IMG/VR virus record: IMGVR_UViG_3300017934_000005
Coordinates: 32,676 to 96,675 of that record
Source of the DNA: a virus
Strand: one strand, 5' to 3'
DNA: 64,000 bases
Shown: positions 51,924 to 61,265 of the stretch, in pieces
Position numbering within the stretch: position 1 is the first letter of the stretch
Layout of the letters: every line of letters begins with the position of its first letter
Notes under the pieces: model-generated
What the model saw: only the letters and a program-made list of their open reading frames with translations
Told to the model about the DNA's origin: nothing
The model's database searches: none
Program-made: the position numbers and the translations under genes

Positions 51924-52837
51924 TTCGTCAACTCCGCATACGTGATTCTCTTTCCTACCACAGCGTCAACAAAACTGTTAATACGCTCCGTGGTGTGCCG
52001 CTGCACTCGGCCAGCATTCAAGCGAAAGGTAAACTCGTCTACGTATCGGCCCATATGCTTGCGACTGGCATGATGATAGACGCCATGCATTCCCCGTTTC
52101 ATCACGGCCCAAACGGACTCGATGGAATTCGTGTGAGCCGTACCACGAACATATTCGCCAGCGACGTGCTTGACTGCTTCATGGCCGTATCCTTCACCAC
52201 GGATGCGAGCATAGCCGGGATTCTCGTCTGTGATGATTACGGAACCAGGGAGCACATTATCCTTGATGGCTGTACGAAGGGCTAAGCCGCCAATGCTATC
52301 CGTAACCTTGGCGACGGTGTTACCACCACGTTCTCGGATACCGATAACGGCGACCTTCTCAGACCGTTCCCTCGGTTTGTTGATTCTGTCGTACATGTGC
52401 CGATTGCTCTCTTCCCCGCCAAAGAACGTCTCATCGGCTTCCACGGTGCCCTTGAGCATCTCAATTTTCGTGCCGCAAGCCTCTCGCAGCCTGTGTAGGA
52501 CGAACCAAGCCGATTTCTGCGTTATGCCTATCTCTTTCCCTAACTGGAGCGAAGAGATGCCCTTGCGTGCTGTAACAAGCAAGTACATGGCATATAGCCA
52601 CTTGTGCAAAGGAACATGGCTCCGCTCGAAGATAGTTCCTGTTCTCACTGTAAAATCCAGTTTGCAGGCGTTGCAACGATAGAAACCATCTTTGCGCTGA
52701 GTGATTCTCTCGCCCGATTTACACTCTGGACAAATAGAACCGTTAGGCCAAAGGCGTCCTTCCAAGTATTTGCGGGCTGTTTCTTCATCTGGAAATAACT
52801 CGAACAGTTTGAAAGTGCTGATTGTACTTCGGCTCAT
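51920..52837 (-). CDS. IS1595-family DDE transposase
   Basis: Zn ribbon CPEC...CNAC, TGTIFE, KGISS HTH, VEADETFFGG, ITDE, HTNSIESVW, YVDEFTFR. Confidence 0.95.
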   Translation of the reverse strand: MSRSTISTFKLFELFPDEETARKYLEGRLWPNGSICPECKSGERITQRKDGFYRCNACKLDFTVRTGTIFERSHVPLHKWLYAMYLLVTARKGISSLQLGKEIGITQKSAWFVLHRLREACGTKIEMLKGTVEADETFFGGEESNRHMYDRINKPRERSEKVAVIGIRERGGNTVAKVTDSIGGLALRTAIKDNVLPGSVIITDENPGYARIRGEGYGHEAVKHVAGEYVRGTAHTNSIESVWAVMKRGMHGVYHHASRKHMGRYVDEFTFRLNAGRVQRHTTERINSFVDAVVGKRITYAELTK

Positions 52838-53648
52838 TGATAGGCTCCTTAACTGAGCCTAGTGTAGATAATTCCCTTGCGGGAGTCAAGTATAATTCTT
52901 GTTCTGTTTCGCAATAAGCCTCTATGAACGCTTGCGCTTGCGGGGCACATAAGGCGTTTCCGAAAGCCTTAGTTTCTTCCACACGGTCGGTAGACCCATC
53001 AATAAACACAGGAACAGGGGATTGAGTTTCCCGCTCCTTCCAAGTTGACGTTGCATGAACTCGTTCAAATTCACCCCACGAGGATGTAATTTCCGTCGCT
53101 CTAGGTTTTGTAGGCTCATACCGCTGCGGTAGTCCCTCGCCATAGGCGTTGGAAGCGCAGAAATAGAGCCGTTGTCGGATGTGCGGAGCACCGAAGCCCG
53201 CAGCGCAGGTATCACACGCCCCGATGGTGTAACCCTTTTCTTCCAAATCATTTGATACAATGTCGAACCACTCAAGACCGCCCTTCGATGAAGTTTGTTC
53301 ACCAAAGATAGTTGAAGGTGCTTTTGCTGCGATAAGTCGGAACCACTCCGGCCATAAATGGCGGCTATCCGAGAAACCTTTTCGGTGTCCCGCCAAACTG
53401 AAAGGCTGGCAGGGGCAACTCCCAGTCCAGACTGGTCTATCATCAGGCCATCCGGCTTGGCGCAAGGCATAACTCCAGACCCCAATTCCTGCAAAGAAGT
53501 GACATTGTGTGTAGCCATATAACTCCTGTGGTTTGACATCTACGATAGAGCGGTCATCAACTTCGCCTGTGGCTATGAGTCCTTCGGCAATCAAGTCTCT
53601 TAACCGAGATGCCGCGAATTTATTATTTTCGTTGTAATAAGCCGCCAT
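52785..53648 (-). CDS. C5-cytosine DNA methyltransferase (alpha chain)
   Basis: FFAGIG (I), GSCPCQPFS (IV), GEQ (VI), PHIRQR (VIII), FGNA (X). Confidence 0.88.
   Translation of the reverse strand: MAAYYNENNKFAASRLRDLIAEGLIATGEVDDRSIVDVKPQELYGYTQCHFFAGIGVWSYALRQAGWPDDRPVWTGSCPCQPFSLAGHRKGFSDSRHLWPEWFRLIAAKAPSTIFGEQTSSKGGLEWFDIVSNDLEEKGYTIGACDTCAAGFGAPHIRQRLYFCASNAYGEGLPQRYEPTKPRATEITSSWGEFERVHATSTWKERETQSPVPVFIDGSTDRVEETKAFGNALCAPQAQAFIEAYCETEQELYLTPARELSTLGSVKEPINEPKYNQHFQTVRVISR
52861..52889 (-). promoter_or_regulatory. Transposase promoter overlapped by TIR-like boxes
   Basis: TTGACT-17 bp-TACACT, embedded in GAATTATACTTGACTCCC and GGGAATTAT. Confidence 0.65.
52922..53539 (-). CDS. Nested alternative-frame ORF, putative MTase beta chain
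   Basis: 205 aa entirely within the MTase gene; LPTPMARD and KLNPLFLCLLMGLP (motif IX-like). Confidence 0.65.
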   Translation of the reverse strand: MSNHRSYMATHNVTSLQELGSGVMPCAKPDGLMIDQSGLGVAPASLSVWRDTEKVSRIAAIYGRSGSDLSQQKHLQLSLVNKLHRRAVLSGSTLYQMIWKKRVTPSGRVIPALRASVLRTSDNGSISALPTPMARDYRSGMSLQNLERRKLHPRGVNLNEFMQRQLGRSGKLNPLFLCLLMGLPTVWKKLRLSETPYVPRKRKRS

Positions 53649-53666
53649 CGAAGTCTCCTAAAATTT

Positions 53667-53718
53667 GGTAGTCTCTCCTACCCGCCAAGCCTAGTTTTTC
53701 GTATCCGGCTTTCGATAC
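53667..53718 (-). ncRNA. Pseudoknot-type structured RNA motif, copy B (5' of MTase, inside IS)
   Basis: GTATC-GAAAGCCG-GATAC...ACTAGGCTTGGC-G-GGTAG-GAGAGA-CTACC. Confidence 0.65.
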
Positions 53719-53758
53719 CCCGAGTTCGTTCGCCCTAGATTCGCTTAGGGAGTTAACT

Positions 53759-54121
53759 CTATAATTCCCTTATTTTCAATACAACTCCCAGGACTGCGTC
53801 AACTAACGGTCCTGACTCCTTGCTAAGACCACGAACTGCACCGGTCTTCGGGTTGAGTTGAATCTCATGGGGAATGTGTTGGCGACGAACTACACGCCGG
53901 AGTTCACCGTGGATTTGTCTGATGCTCATCGCATCTAATTTCTGGTTACGGATGTACAAATCGGGTCGGCGCTCCGCAGCCGTGAGTGACTTCTTGGGCG
54001 AAAGTGGCAGCGTCTCCTCCTCAATTGGTTTCGCAAGCTCGGGATGAGTCTTCAGAACCGCTGCAGCCTGCTGAACTGCAGAACCTGCACTGACAACCGC
54101 AATGCTCTTAACTTGTCCCAT
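53759..54121 (-). CDS. Hypothetical protein whose stop codon is supplied by the IS TIR
   Basis: GGAGG RBS; ends ...LKIREL-TAG inside the TIR. Confidence 0.55.
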   Translation of the reverse strand: MGQVKSIAVVSAGSAVQQAAAVLKTHPELAKPIEEETLPLSPKKSLTAAERRPDLYIRNQKLDAMSIRQIHGELRRVVRRQHIPHEIQLNPKTGAVRGLSKESGPLVDAVLGVVLKIREL

Positions 54122-54989
54122 TTGATTCCTCCTTCTTTTCAGATTTGAATCTGTCCAAGAGTATACCGTAAAGTGAAACTCCGGTATTAAGTTCGACAGC
54201 GTTGAAACGCTGATCTAATCTTACAGACGTGACCACGATTTCTTCGACACCGTCCAGATATCCCGTTTGATTCGGTTTGATCAAAAGCGTTCTCCTCTAG
54301 AGCGTTTCGCTCATTAATTTTCGATTCTGGCGGGCTCGGGCTGCCCCGATCCGAACCCAACTCTGGCGATAATCATCGAACTTGACACGACGCATACCTC
54401 GACGCTGGAATGTGGGGGTCCGGGTTGCGACTTTTGAGAGTCCTAATGTTGCAGTTCGTTCCTGAAAAATTTCTTCGGATTCGCCTGATCTTGTGACGAA
54501 GCTGTTTTTGTGGAGAATAGAGAGTTGATGGCGAGCGCAATATGATCCGTTCATCTCCTCAAGTAATTCTCGATTGTATTGGTCTTCCCAAGCATCCAGA
54601 ATTTTCTCGGCCTTGATTTCAGCTTCAGTTCGGAACGAAAGGACTTGAGTTGCCATCAAACAGTCTCCTTGATTTGGGTTGAAGTGAGTTTGTCTCGCAC
54701 CGCGATAGTCTCAAAGGAAACCTTAAGGCCGACTTCAAGAGCCGCAACATAGACACTAGGATCGGTTTTGGGGTAGTTCCCGTGATATCCATACCACCGT
54801 TGCGGCATGGCGCATGACCTGCGTTCGTGGCAAAATATCGAACTTTGTTGAATTGTGCATCAGCTTTCTTTGCTACTTCCAAACCGAATTCACGTAAAAT
54901 ATTAAAAATGGTTCGCTGGGTAAGTGTCATGTCATAAACATCTTTTGCGCCGACCTTTTGTAATGCCATCTCTTCAACGGTCTCGTATT

Positions 54990-57068
54990 TCAACATGCAT
55001 CTTCCTCCTGTTTGAGTTCAATACCTGCGGCCTGGAGCAAAGCGGCCGGCAATTGACGTTGATACTTACGCACAAGTTTTTGGCCGGCTGCAGCCTGTTT
55101 CGGAGTTAAAGAAAATGCAGAGGCGAGTTTCTTACCAAAATCCGTATCGATCTTATTGAATCCGGCCCCGTCAATTGCTTGGGCTCCATCACAACGGGCC
55201 GCGAGAATGCCAAGACAGGTATGGATAGCCTTCGCTGTAGCCTGATCAAGACGAGGCTCATCAAGATGTGCTTGCGTATTGCCTACCTGCTTCGCTAGCT
55301 CTCGCACTGCATCAGCATTCCATTTTCGCGTTGGTTTCGCAAAATCTACTTGTGTTAGCACGGCAGAATAAACTTGTTTTGGCACGGCTCCGACTTCAGG
55401 CATTTGCTTCTCAACTTGGGTGTCAAGACCTTTGACAATCACTTCCTGCTTAGCTACGAGTTCTTCAGCCATGCGAGCCGAGACTGAATTGTTCAAGACC
55501 AGATATTTGATCAGAACCGAATTGAGTTGGCCGATACGATGGCAACGATCCTCAGCCTGTTCGATGTTACCGGGAACCCAATCAAGTTCAACGAAGATTT
55601 CATTTGAGGCTGCAGTCAAGGTGATACCGATACCAGCGGCTTGGATTGAACCGATAAAGAGCTTTATATCAGGATCACTCTGGAAACGATCTACAGCTTC
55701 TTGCCGAGCCGTTTGTGAAGTCTCTCCGTAAACTACAACGGAGGAAGAAAACCTTTCCGCCAAGGCTTCAATAACAGAATGATGATGAGCCCAAACAACC
55801 AGCTTATCAGTCTCTTCAAGGGCTTCCTCAATCTCCTGGATGGCCAGGGGTAAGATAGCTTCCGCTACAGCCTTGCGCGTGGCTGAGAGCAACTCAAAGT
55901 CTACAATCTGAGATTCGAATTTAGCCGACTTAAAACTGTCATAGGCTGCACGCTCAGCATTGATAAGCTTGTCGAGGGTTGGCGTGGACTCCAAGACTAC
56001 AACTTGACGACGCTTGGGCGGGAGTTCCTTGAGCACATCAGCTTTGAGCCGGCGAATCATGAACCGAGACCGCATCTGCTCCTGAAGGTCTTCGAGATTT
56101 GAGGCTCCGCTCTTGTCCCAGTAACCGGCATAGTTGACGCCAGCGGCACAATACTTCGTCTCGAACTTGCTCTTGTACTTGCCCAGACCTTCGGGATCAA
56201 GAGCACGGATGAGCGGCCAGAGTTCAACTGGACGATTCACGATGGGGGTTCCGGTCAAGAATACACGCTTGGCAGCAGGGATAGGCAACTTGGGAAGGTC
56301 CCAAGACCGCGTCGAGGGATTCCATTTGTACTCGCCGAGCAATGCAATTGTGCGCTGTGTCTTGGGCTCCTTGACACGATGGCATTCGTCCACAACCAGG
56401 ATGTCCCAGGTAATGGCATGTAGAGCCTCACTATGGCGAGTCAGGATATCGTAGTTGATGATGACCACATCGGTCTGAGGGAAAATATTGCCTTCTGCGA
56501 TGCCTACACTCAAGGACTTGACATCCCACTTCGTGAATTCTCGACGCCAGTTCAACTTGAGCGTAGCCGGGCAGACGATCAGGATGCGCTTGACTTCGGA
56601 CAATGCATTTGAGACACCAATGGCCTGAATAGTTTTGCCCAAGCCCATCTCATCGCCAATAAGCGTGTTCTGGCGTGCGATAGCGTAGGCGATGCCGGCT
56701 TTCTGGTAGGGAAGATATTCGAGCCCGTCTGGTTTGGGAATCTCAATATCGGCATTCGTGGCCCGCGAAGCCTGAAGACTCTCTTGCTTTTTAAGTTCTG
56801 CGCCGAGGGTTTCGATGGCGACTAGATTCGCGTCAGGATCAGAAGCGATCCGGGTCCGGGCATCGGAGTCCAGATACTGATAAAGTTTACAGACGATCTT
56901 GACCTGTTCAAGCCAGGTCCGCTGCTTTCGATCAGGGTAGTTCTGGGAATGCCACACCTTAGTTCCGTTGAAGTCAAAACTAAACTGTGCAGCTTTCAGA
57001 GTCTCCTTGTCAGAGAACGCTGACTGTGCGTCAAAGCGTTGAAGGGCTTCGTTGTAGGTGATCAGCAC
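54990..57068 (-). CDS. SNF2-family helicase/annealing ATPase
   Basis: LPYQ, DEMGLGKT, CPA, VDECH, LTGTP, RRLK, GITLTAA, QAEDRCHRIGQ. Confidence 0.93.
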   Translation of the reverse strand: MLITYNEALQRFDAQSAFSDKETLKAAQFSFDFNGTKVWHSQNYPDRKQRTWLEQVKIVCKLYQYLDSDARTRIASDPDANLVAIETLGAELKKQESLQASRATNADIEIPKPDGLEYLPYQKAGIAYAIARQNTLIGDEMGLGKTIQAIGVSNALSEVKRILIVCPATLKLNWRREFTKWDVKSLSVGIAEGNIFPQTDVVIINYDILTRHSEALHAITWDILVVDECHRVKEPKTQRTIALLGEYKWNPSTRSWDLPKLPIPAAKRVFLTGTPIVNRPVELWPLIRALDPEGLGKYKSKFETKYCAAGVNYAGYWDKSGASNLEDLQEQMRSRFMIRRLKADVLKELPPKRRQVVVLESTPTLDKLINAERAAYDSFKSAKFESQIVDFELLSATRKAVAEAILPLAIQEIEEALEETDKLVVWAHHHSVIEALAERFSSSVVVYGETSQTARQEAVDRFQSDPDIKLFIGSIQAAGIGITLTAASNEIFVELDWVPGNIEQAEDRCHRIGQLNSVLIKYLVLNNSVSARMAEELVAKQEVIVKGLDTQVEKQMPEVGAVPKQVYSAVLTQVDFAKPTRKWNADAVRELAKQVGNTQAHLDEPRLDQATAKAIHTCLGILAARCDGAQAIDGAGFNKIDTDFGKKLASAFSLTPKQAAAGQKLVRKYQRQLPAALLQAAGIELKQEEDAC

Positions 57069-58398
57069 GTGTTCAGTCTAGCAGAATCAAGATCAAATGC
57101 AATAGTACTTCGGTACTAGTCCTTGCCTTCGAGAACCCACCACTTCACATATATCCACGTATTTAGGGCGACACTAACTCCCATCACCCACAAAATACGT
57201 TGATTGTGATGCTCGATCCCATACATTAACTGACCCACTGCCGGCATCGTCAAAAGCATCATTGCCAAGACGAGACGGTAGAATCGTTTAAGCTCGGCCA
57301 TCGATTAATCCTTTCTTGCGAAACTGATCGGCTTCCCAGGTCTCATGCGCCATGATCAAACCCGGAGATGCCGCCATGGACTTCACAATAGAGTCACAGA
57401 TATCGCAGTATCGCGGCTTGCCTGGGCTTCCATCATTACCGAGTCCTTCATTGCGCATGAAAGACTCGATGCTCAACTCAATACCGCATTCGGAACATGG
57501 CACTGGTTTATAACTCAGCTTGCCAGCCCGAACATCCGAGATGACACGATCCTGGGTCTGTTGCGTAATTCCTCGCGGCATGACACGCTCCAAAGCCAGT
57601 GTGCCTTTCATTGCGGCCCAGGCTTGTCTAAGAGCACCTTGACCAGGACTTTCTGCCTCCTCAAGTCTAGAGCCTTGGAATTGCCATGTCGTGGCACATT
57701 CCATGGGTTGAATCCTGATCAGTAACATCCGAGTTGTACACTTAGTACACTTCTGACCATCAGCCGGCAATCCAAGCGGCTGATCGGCGAGAATCTCGGT
57801 GGTCTTACAGGGTCCGCAACGATATTCTTTTAAATAACGGTCTCTCATTTGCACACCAGCTTCTTTGCAATCTCTACACAGGGAGGGCAAGAATGGTTGA
57901 GATGGTGTTCTGTGATTTCAACATCAATATCCCAAGCAACTTGACATCCACAAAGTGCTGGAGTATCTGCACCACCACCAAGCTTCTTCCCGCGCTGAGT
58001 CAGAGGTCGAATATGCCATCGAGCATTGGGACCTGCTGCGATACTTTCACAAAAGCTATATTCAATCATAATACATCTCCTAGAGTCTGGGAGTTACTTA
58101 CAATACAACGGGCATCCGCATTTTCGCATATGAGTCTCCCTACCTGTCCAACAACGTGAATGATGAAAGCCGTGTCCACAGGAGTGGCTTGCCCAGATGA
58201 GCCCGGAGCATGTCTGCCATAATCTCGCGCCAAGTTGATAGCAATTTCGGCTTTCTCGGCAAAGACCAAATACTTGACATGGACATGCGAATCTAGGTCA
58301 ACGATGTGCGCGATGTAGGGACGCAGGCCGGCACGTTCGGTTCGTTCTCGAATCTGCTCTGGGGTTAACTCAACTCGGGGTTTTTGCACTATATGAGT

Positions 58399-58427
58399 AA
58401 AATACCATATTGATTATGGAATGTCAA
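58399..58427 (-). promoter_or_regulatory. Sigma70-type promoter
   Basis: TTGACA-17 bp-TATTTT, TGG before -10. Confidence 0.75.
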
Positions 58428-58446
58428 GAGGCAAAAACTCTCATTG

Positions 58447-58887
58447 TCATTCATCATTTCCATTATCCAGAAAAACTACTCTGCATAATGGTCGATTTTT
58501 CAAGTATTTCTGCACCAGGACGTTCTGCAAAGCAGGCACTTTTTCTAACATCGGGAGAAGCCAGCCGTTACAAGGACCGCAAAGTAAACCACGGACTGCG
58601 TCAGGTCCTCGTTCTCCGTGAACGTGATCGACACCAAGTTTATGCTTGAAAAATTTCTCAGCGATGCCGCAAAGAGCGCAGCAACCTTTTTGTAAGAAGT
58701 ACAAATACAAATACTGAATAAGCGTGATCCCAAACTTGTACTTTAATTTATCGTTGCGATCCGACAACTGCACACAAATTTTGCAATAAAATTGCAAACC
58801 ATCTTTGCGACTTTTATTCGCGCCGAACCGATCACGGGATTTTCTTTTCTGACACATACTGCATATCTTTGTTTTTCTGAAAATCAT
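58447..58887 (-). CDS. Endonuclease VII-like HNH homing endonuclease
   Basis: CSMC...CKIC, KFGIT, QKGCCALC, VDHVH, VRGLLCGPCN. Confidence 0.85.
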   Translation of the reverse strand: MIFRKTKICSMCQKRKSRDRFGANKSRKDGLQFYCKICVQLSDRNDKLKYKFGITLIQYLYLYFLQKGCCALCGIAEKFFKHKLGVDHVHGERGPDAVRGLLCGPCNGWLLPMLEKVPALQNVLVQKYLKNRPLCRVVFLDNGNDE

Positions 58888-59678
58888 CTTTTCGTTTTCC
58901 TTTTCAAAACCGGTTTAAAAAATCACGATTTTTTGAGCCCGAAAAAGGTCTGGGCGTTCATGCTCAATGGTAGAATTTATCGTTATGCACTTTTGGTCTG
59001 CCGACACATCAAGCAGGCGAATCTAGAGCGAAGCCCAGACTTAAGCCTAACACACTCAGACATTGTGAACGCACACGTATACATTCTCTGAAGCCTAGTA
59101 CACTCACACACTTAGAGCGTAGCACGGCTCCGCAGTCTGGACACGTCCAGCGAATCCGCTCGGATCAAGACTCGAATTGTGACAAGCTAGTCTATTATAA
59201 TCCTCCTTTCAGACGTGCTAGGACTATGCCAGAATCGCGCGGGCTTGGCTCTTATTCGTTCTATTTTTGCGTCTGATATACTCCCAGCACGTCAAATTTT
59301 GCGTGTCTCTAATCGGCTCCTATGCCTTTACGAGTAGGGCATACGGGAGCCCGCTAGACGCGACCAGTGGGCTCCAATCTGCCTACTCCCTAGGCAAATG
59401 ATCGAAACAAAATGCTTCGCCTAGTTCTGCCGTTTGCTCGCATTGATTGCCTAGAGACGCGCCAAATAGACAACGGTCTCCGTGCTCCTCCTCTTCGTCC
59501 TCTTCTCCGTATACATCCACACGTTCCGATAGAGCCCACTGGTACAGTCCCTCATCGTTTAGAATCCACTGCTCTAAGGCTTCATCGTCTAAGGGTTGGC
59601 GAACGTTAGGACAATAACGCACGATTGCTGAGACTAGCTCGGCTCTGTTCTCTTCGATGAATTGCGCCATAGTTTTCA

Positions 59679-60428
59679 TTATTCGTTTTCCTCCTTTATG
59701 TTTTCGGGTTTAAAAGCTTGAGAGATGGCACGCGCAGAAAAACCTAGAGCCTGTAATTGCGTTTTCAATTCGGCTAACTGTTCTTGCGCTATTTCGTCAA
59801 AATAACTCCTGTTGGAATCAGACTCAATCCCCCAGAGACCGCCGGAAGTAATGGTGTGGTGAGTCACATCGAATTGTGCGGGATAGTTGGCAACGTCGCC
59901 TATACCTATTTCCGCGTCCGCACGAATCCCGATATAACACCAGTGACCAGCGTTGAGGGATTCCATTCTGTCATAATCCTCGCGGACGTATTTCCGTACT
60001 TCATCGGGTGTGAGACCGTCTGCGGGCTCATCGGATTTTGTGATGTAGTTAAAGGACGGGTTAAAGTAGCGATACTCTCGGCTCGAAATGCGGTCTCCTC
60101 CGCAGTCGCAAGCCTGTACGTCCTCTTGCAAACCCGCGAGAATATCGGATGCATCGTCCAAGGATTCCCAGTCCGTATTATTAGCATCATTCGCACATTC
60201 GGTGCGCCACGCCATAACATGACCTAGAATTCTTTCAAGCTTGCCTAAGACTTCGCAGTGATTCGCTTCGAGACTTGCGCAGTCTTCGCGGTGGGCTCTA
60301 TCAATGCTGAAACGTGATTTTTGACGGTCGCTATATTCGCCTAAGTGGGAAGTGTCTGGACATTCGTCTAAGATTCGTTTGATTGTCACTGATAGGATGC
60401 GTTTACCGTTTCGTTTTTTGATTCTCAT
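59679..60428 (-). CDS. Hypothetical early phage protein
   Basis: 249 aa, acidic, W.YIGIRA...GLWGIESDS; in operon. Confidence 0.55.
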   Translation of the reverse strand: MRIKKRNGKRILSVTIKRILDECPDTSHLGEYSDRQKSRFSIDRAHREDCASLEANHCEVLGKLERILGHVMAWRTECANDANNTDWESLDDASDILAGLQEDVQACDCGGDRISSREYRYFNPSFNYITKSDEPADGLTPDEVRKYVREDYDRMESLNAGHWCYIGIRADAEIGIGDVANYPAQFDVTHHTITSGGLWGIESDSNRSYFDEIAQEQLAELKTQLQALGFSARAISQAFKPENIKEENE

Positions 60429-61265
60429 GGGTGCGTCTGTCCTTTGATTTTAGATTTGACTACAGGCTAGAGTCTAGCCTATGACGGGCTCGGCCATCTA
60501 GAGTATGGTGATTCCTTCTTGATCCAATTCGTGGACGTGCTCCGCGTCCAGGATATCGCGGACCGCATCCACATAGCTATATTCGGAGCAACCCGTAGAG
60601 CATAGATCAGACTCCAGGTTATCCCGTACACTGTCTTCGTTCACGTCTGTGGGATTCTCGGCTCCGCAGATGTCTTGATCTACTGCGGTCTCCAATTCAT
60701 CCTCTGCCAGTTTGCGGGCCTGTTCGATCACTGCGGCTCTATTGAATCCTGCCACAGTAAAGAGAGGATCGCTATAACGCCAGAACAAGGTCTCCACGTA
60801 AACCATTTTTGTCTTGGCGTCTTCGTCTGTATACGTTTTTCCCATAATTATTTTCACGGTCTCGGCTCCTTTGTGGGTTTGATTGCGAATTGCTTAACGG
60901 AATTGGAATCGCACGAAGGACAGCGTCCGTGCGCGTTCAGACTCGGGTAATCGCGGACGCAGTTAGCACAGAACCAGTCTAGCGGGCTCCGTTTGGTCTC
61001 GCGGATTGTGTCGGGAGTGTTAATCATCGGCTCGGCTCCTTTACTCCGGCTCTGGGAGAACGAGCCGCGAATGTGAATTGTATGGGCTCGGAATATCCTC
61101 TCTAACTTGTTCCAAAAACGAAGACTCAATAGCGAGCAAGGCTCCTGATTCCGGGTCCTTGTGAATTTCTAATTCAATGTTACTTCCGGTGTCAGGATCA
61201 GTCACGGAAATTGCCTTCACGAATCGTGTCGTAATCTGTTTGCGTTTCATGGGCTCGGGCTCCTC

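Larger units (their letters stand above)
51745..53769 (-). mobile_element. IS1595-family transporter IS (ISNwi-like ends), 2025 bp, with methyltransferase cargo
   Basis: Perfect 23-bp TIR GGGAATTATAGAGTTAACTCCCT; 8-bp TSD TTATTTTC at 51737-51744 and 53770-53777; encodes transposase. Confidence 0.93.

Noticed and set aside
20859-56454. Long + strand ORFs (e.g. 20859..21590, 23943..24542, 30469..31053, 50869..51579)
   Set aside because: Antisense shadows of well-supported - strand genes, with no motifs or RBS.
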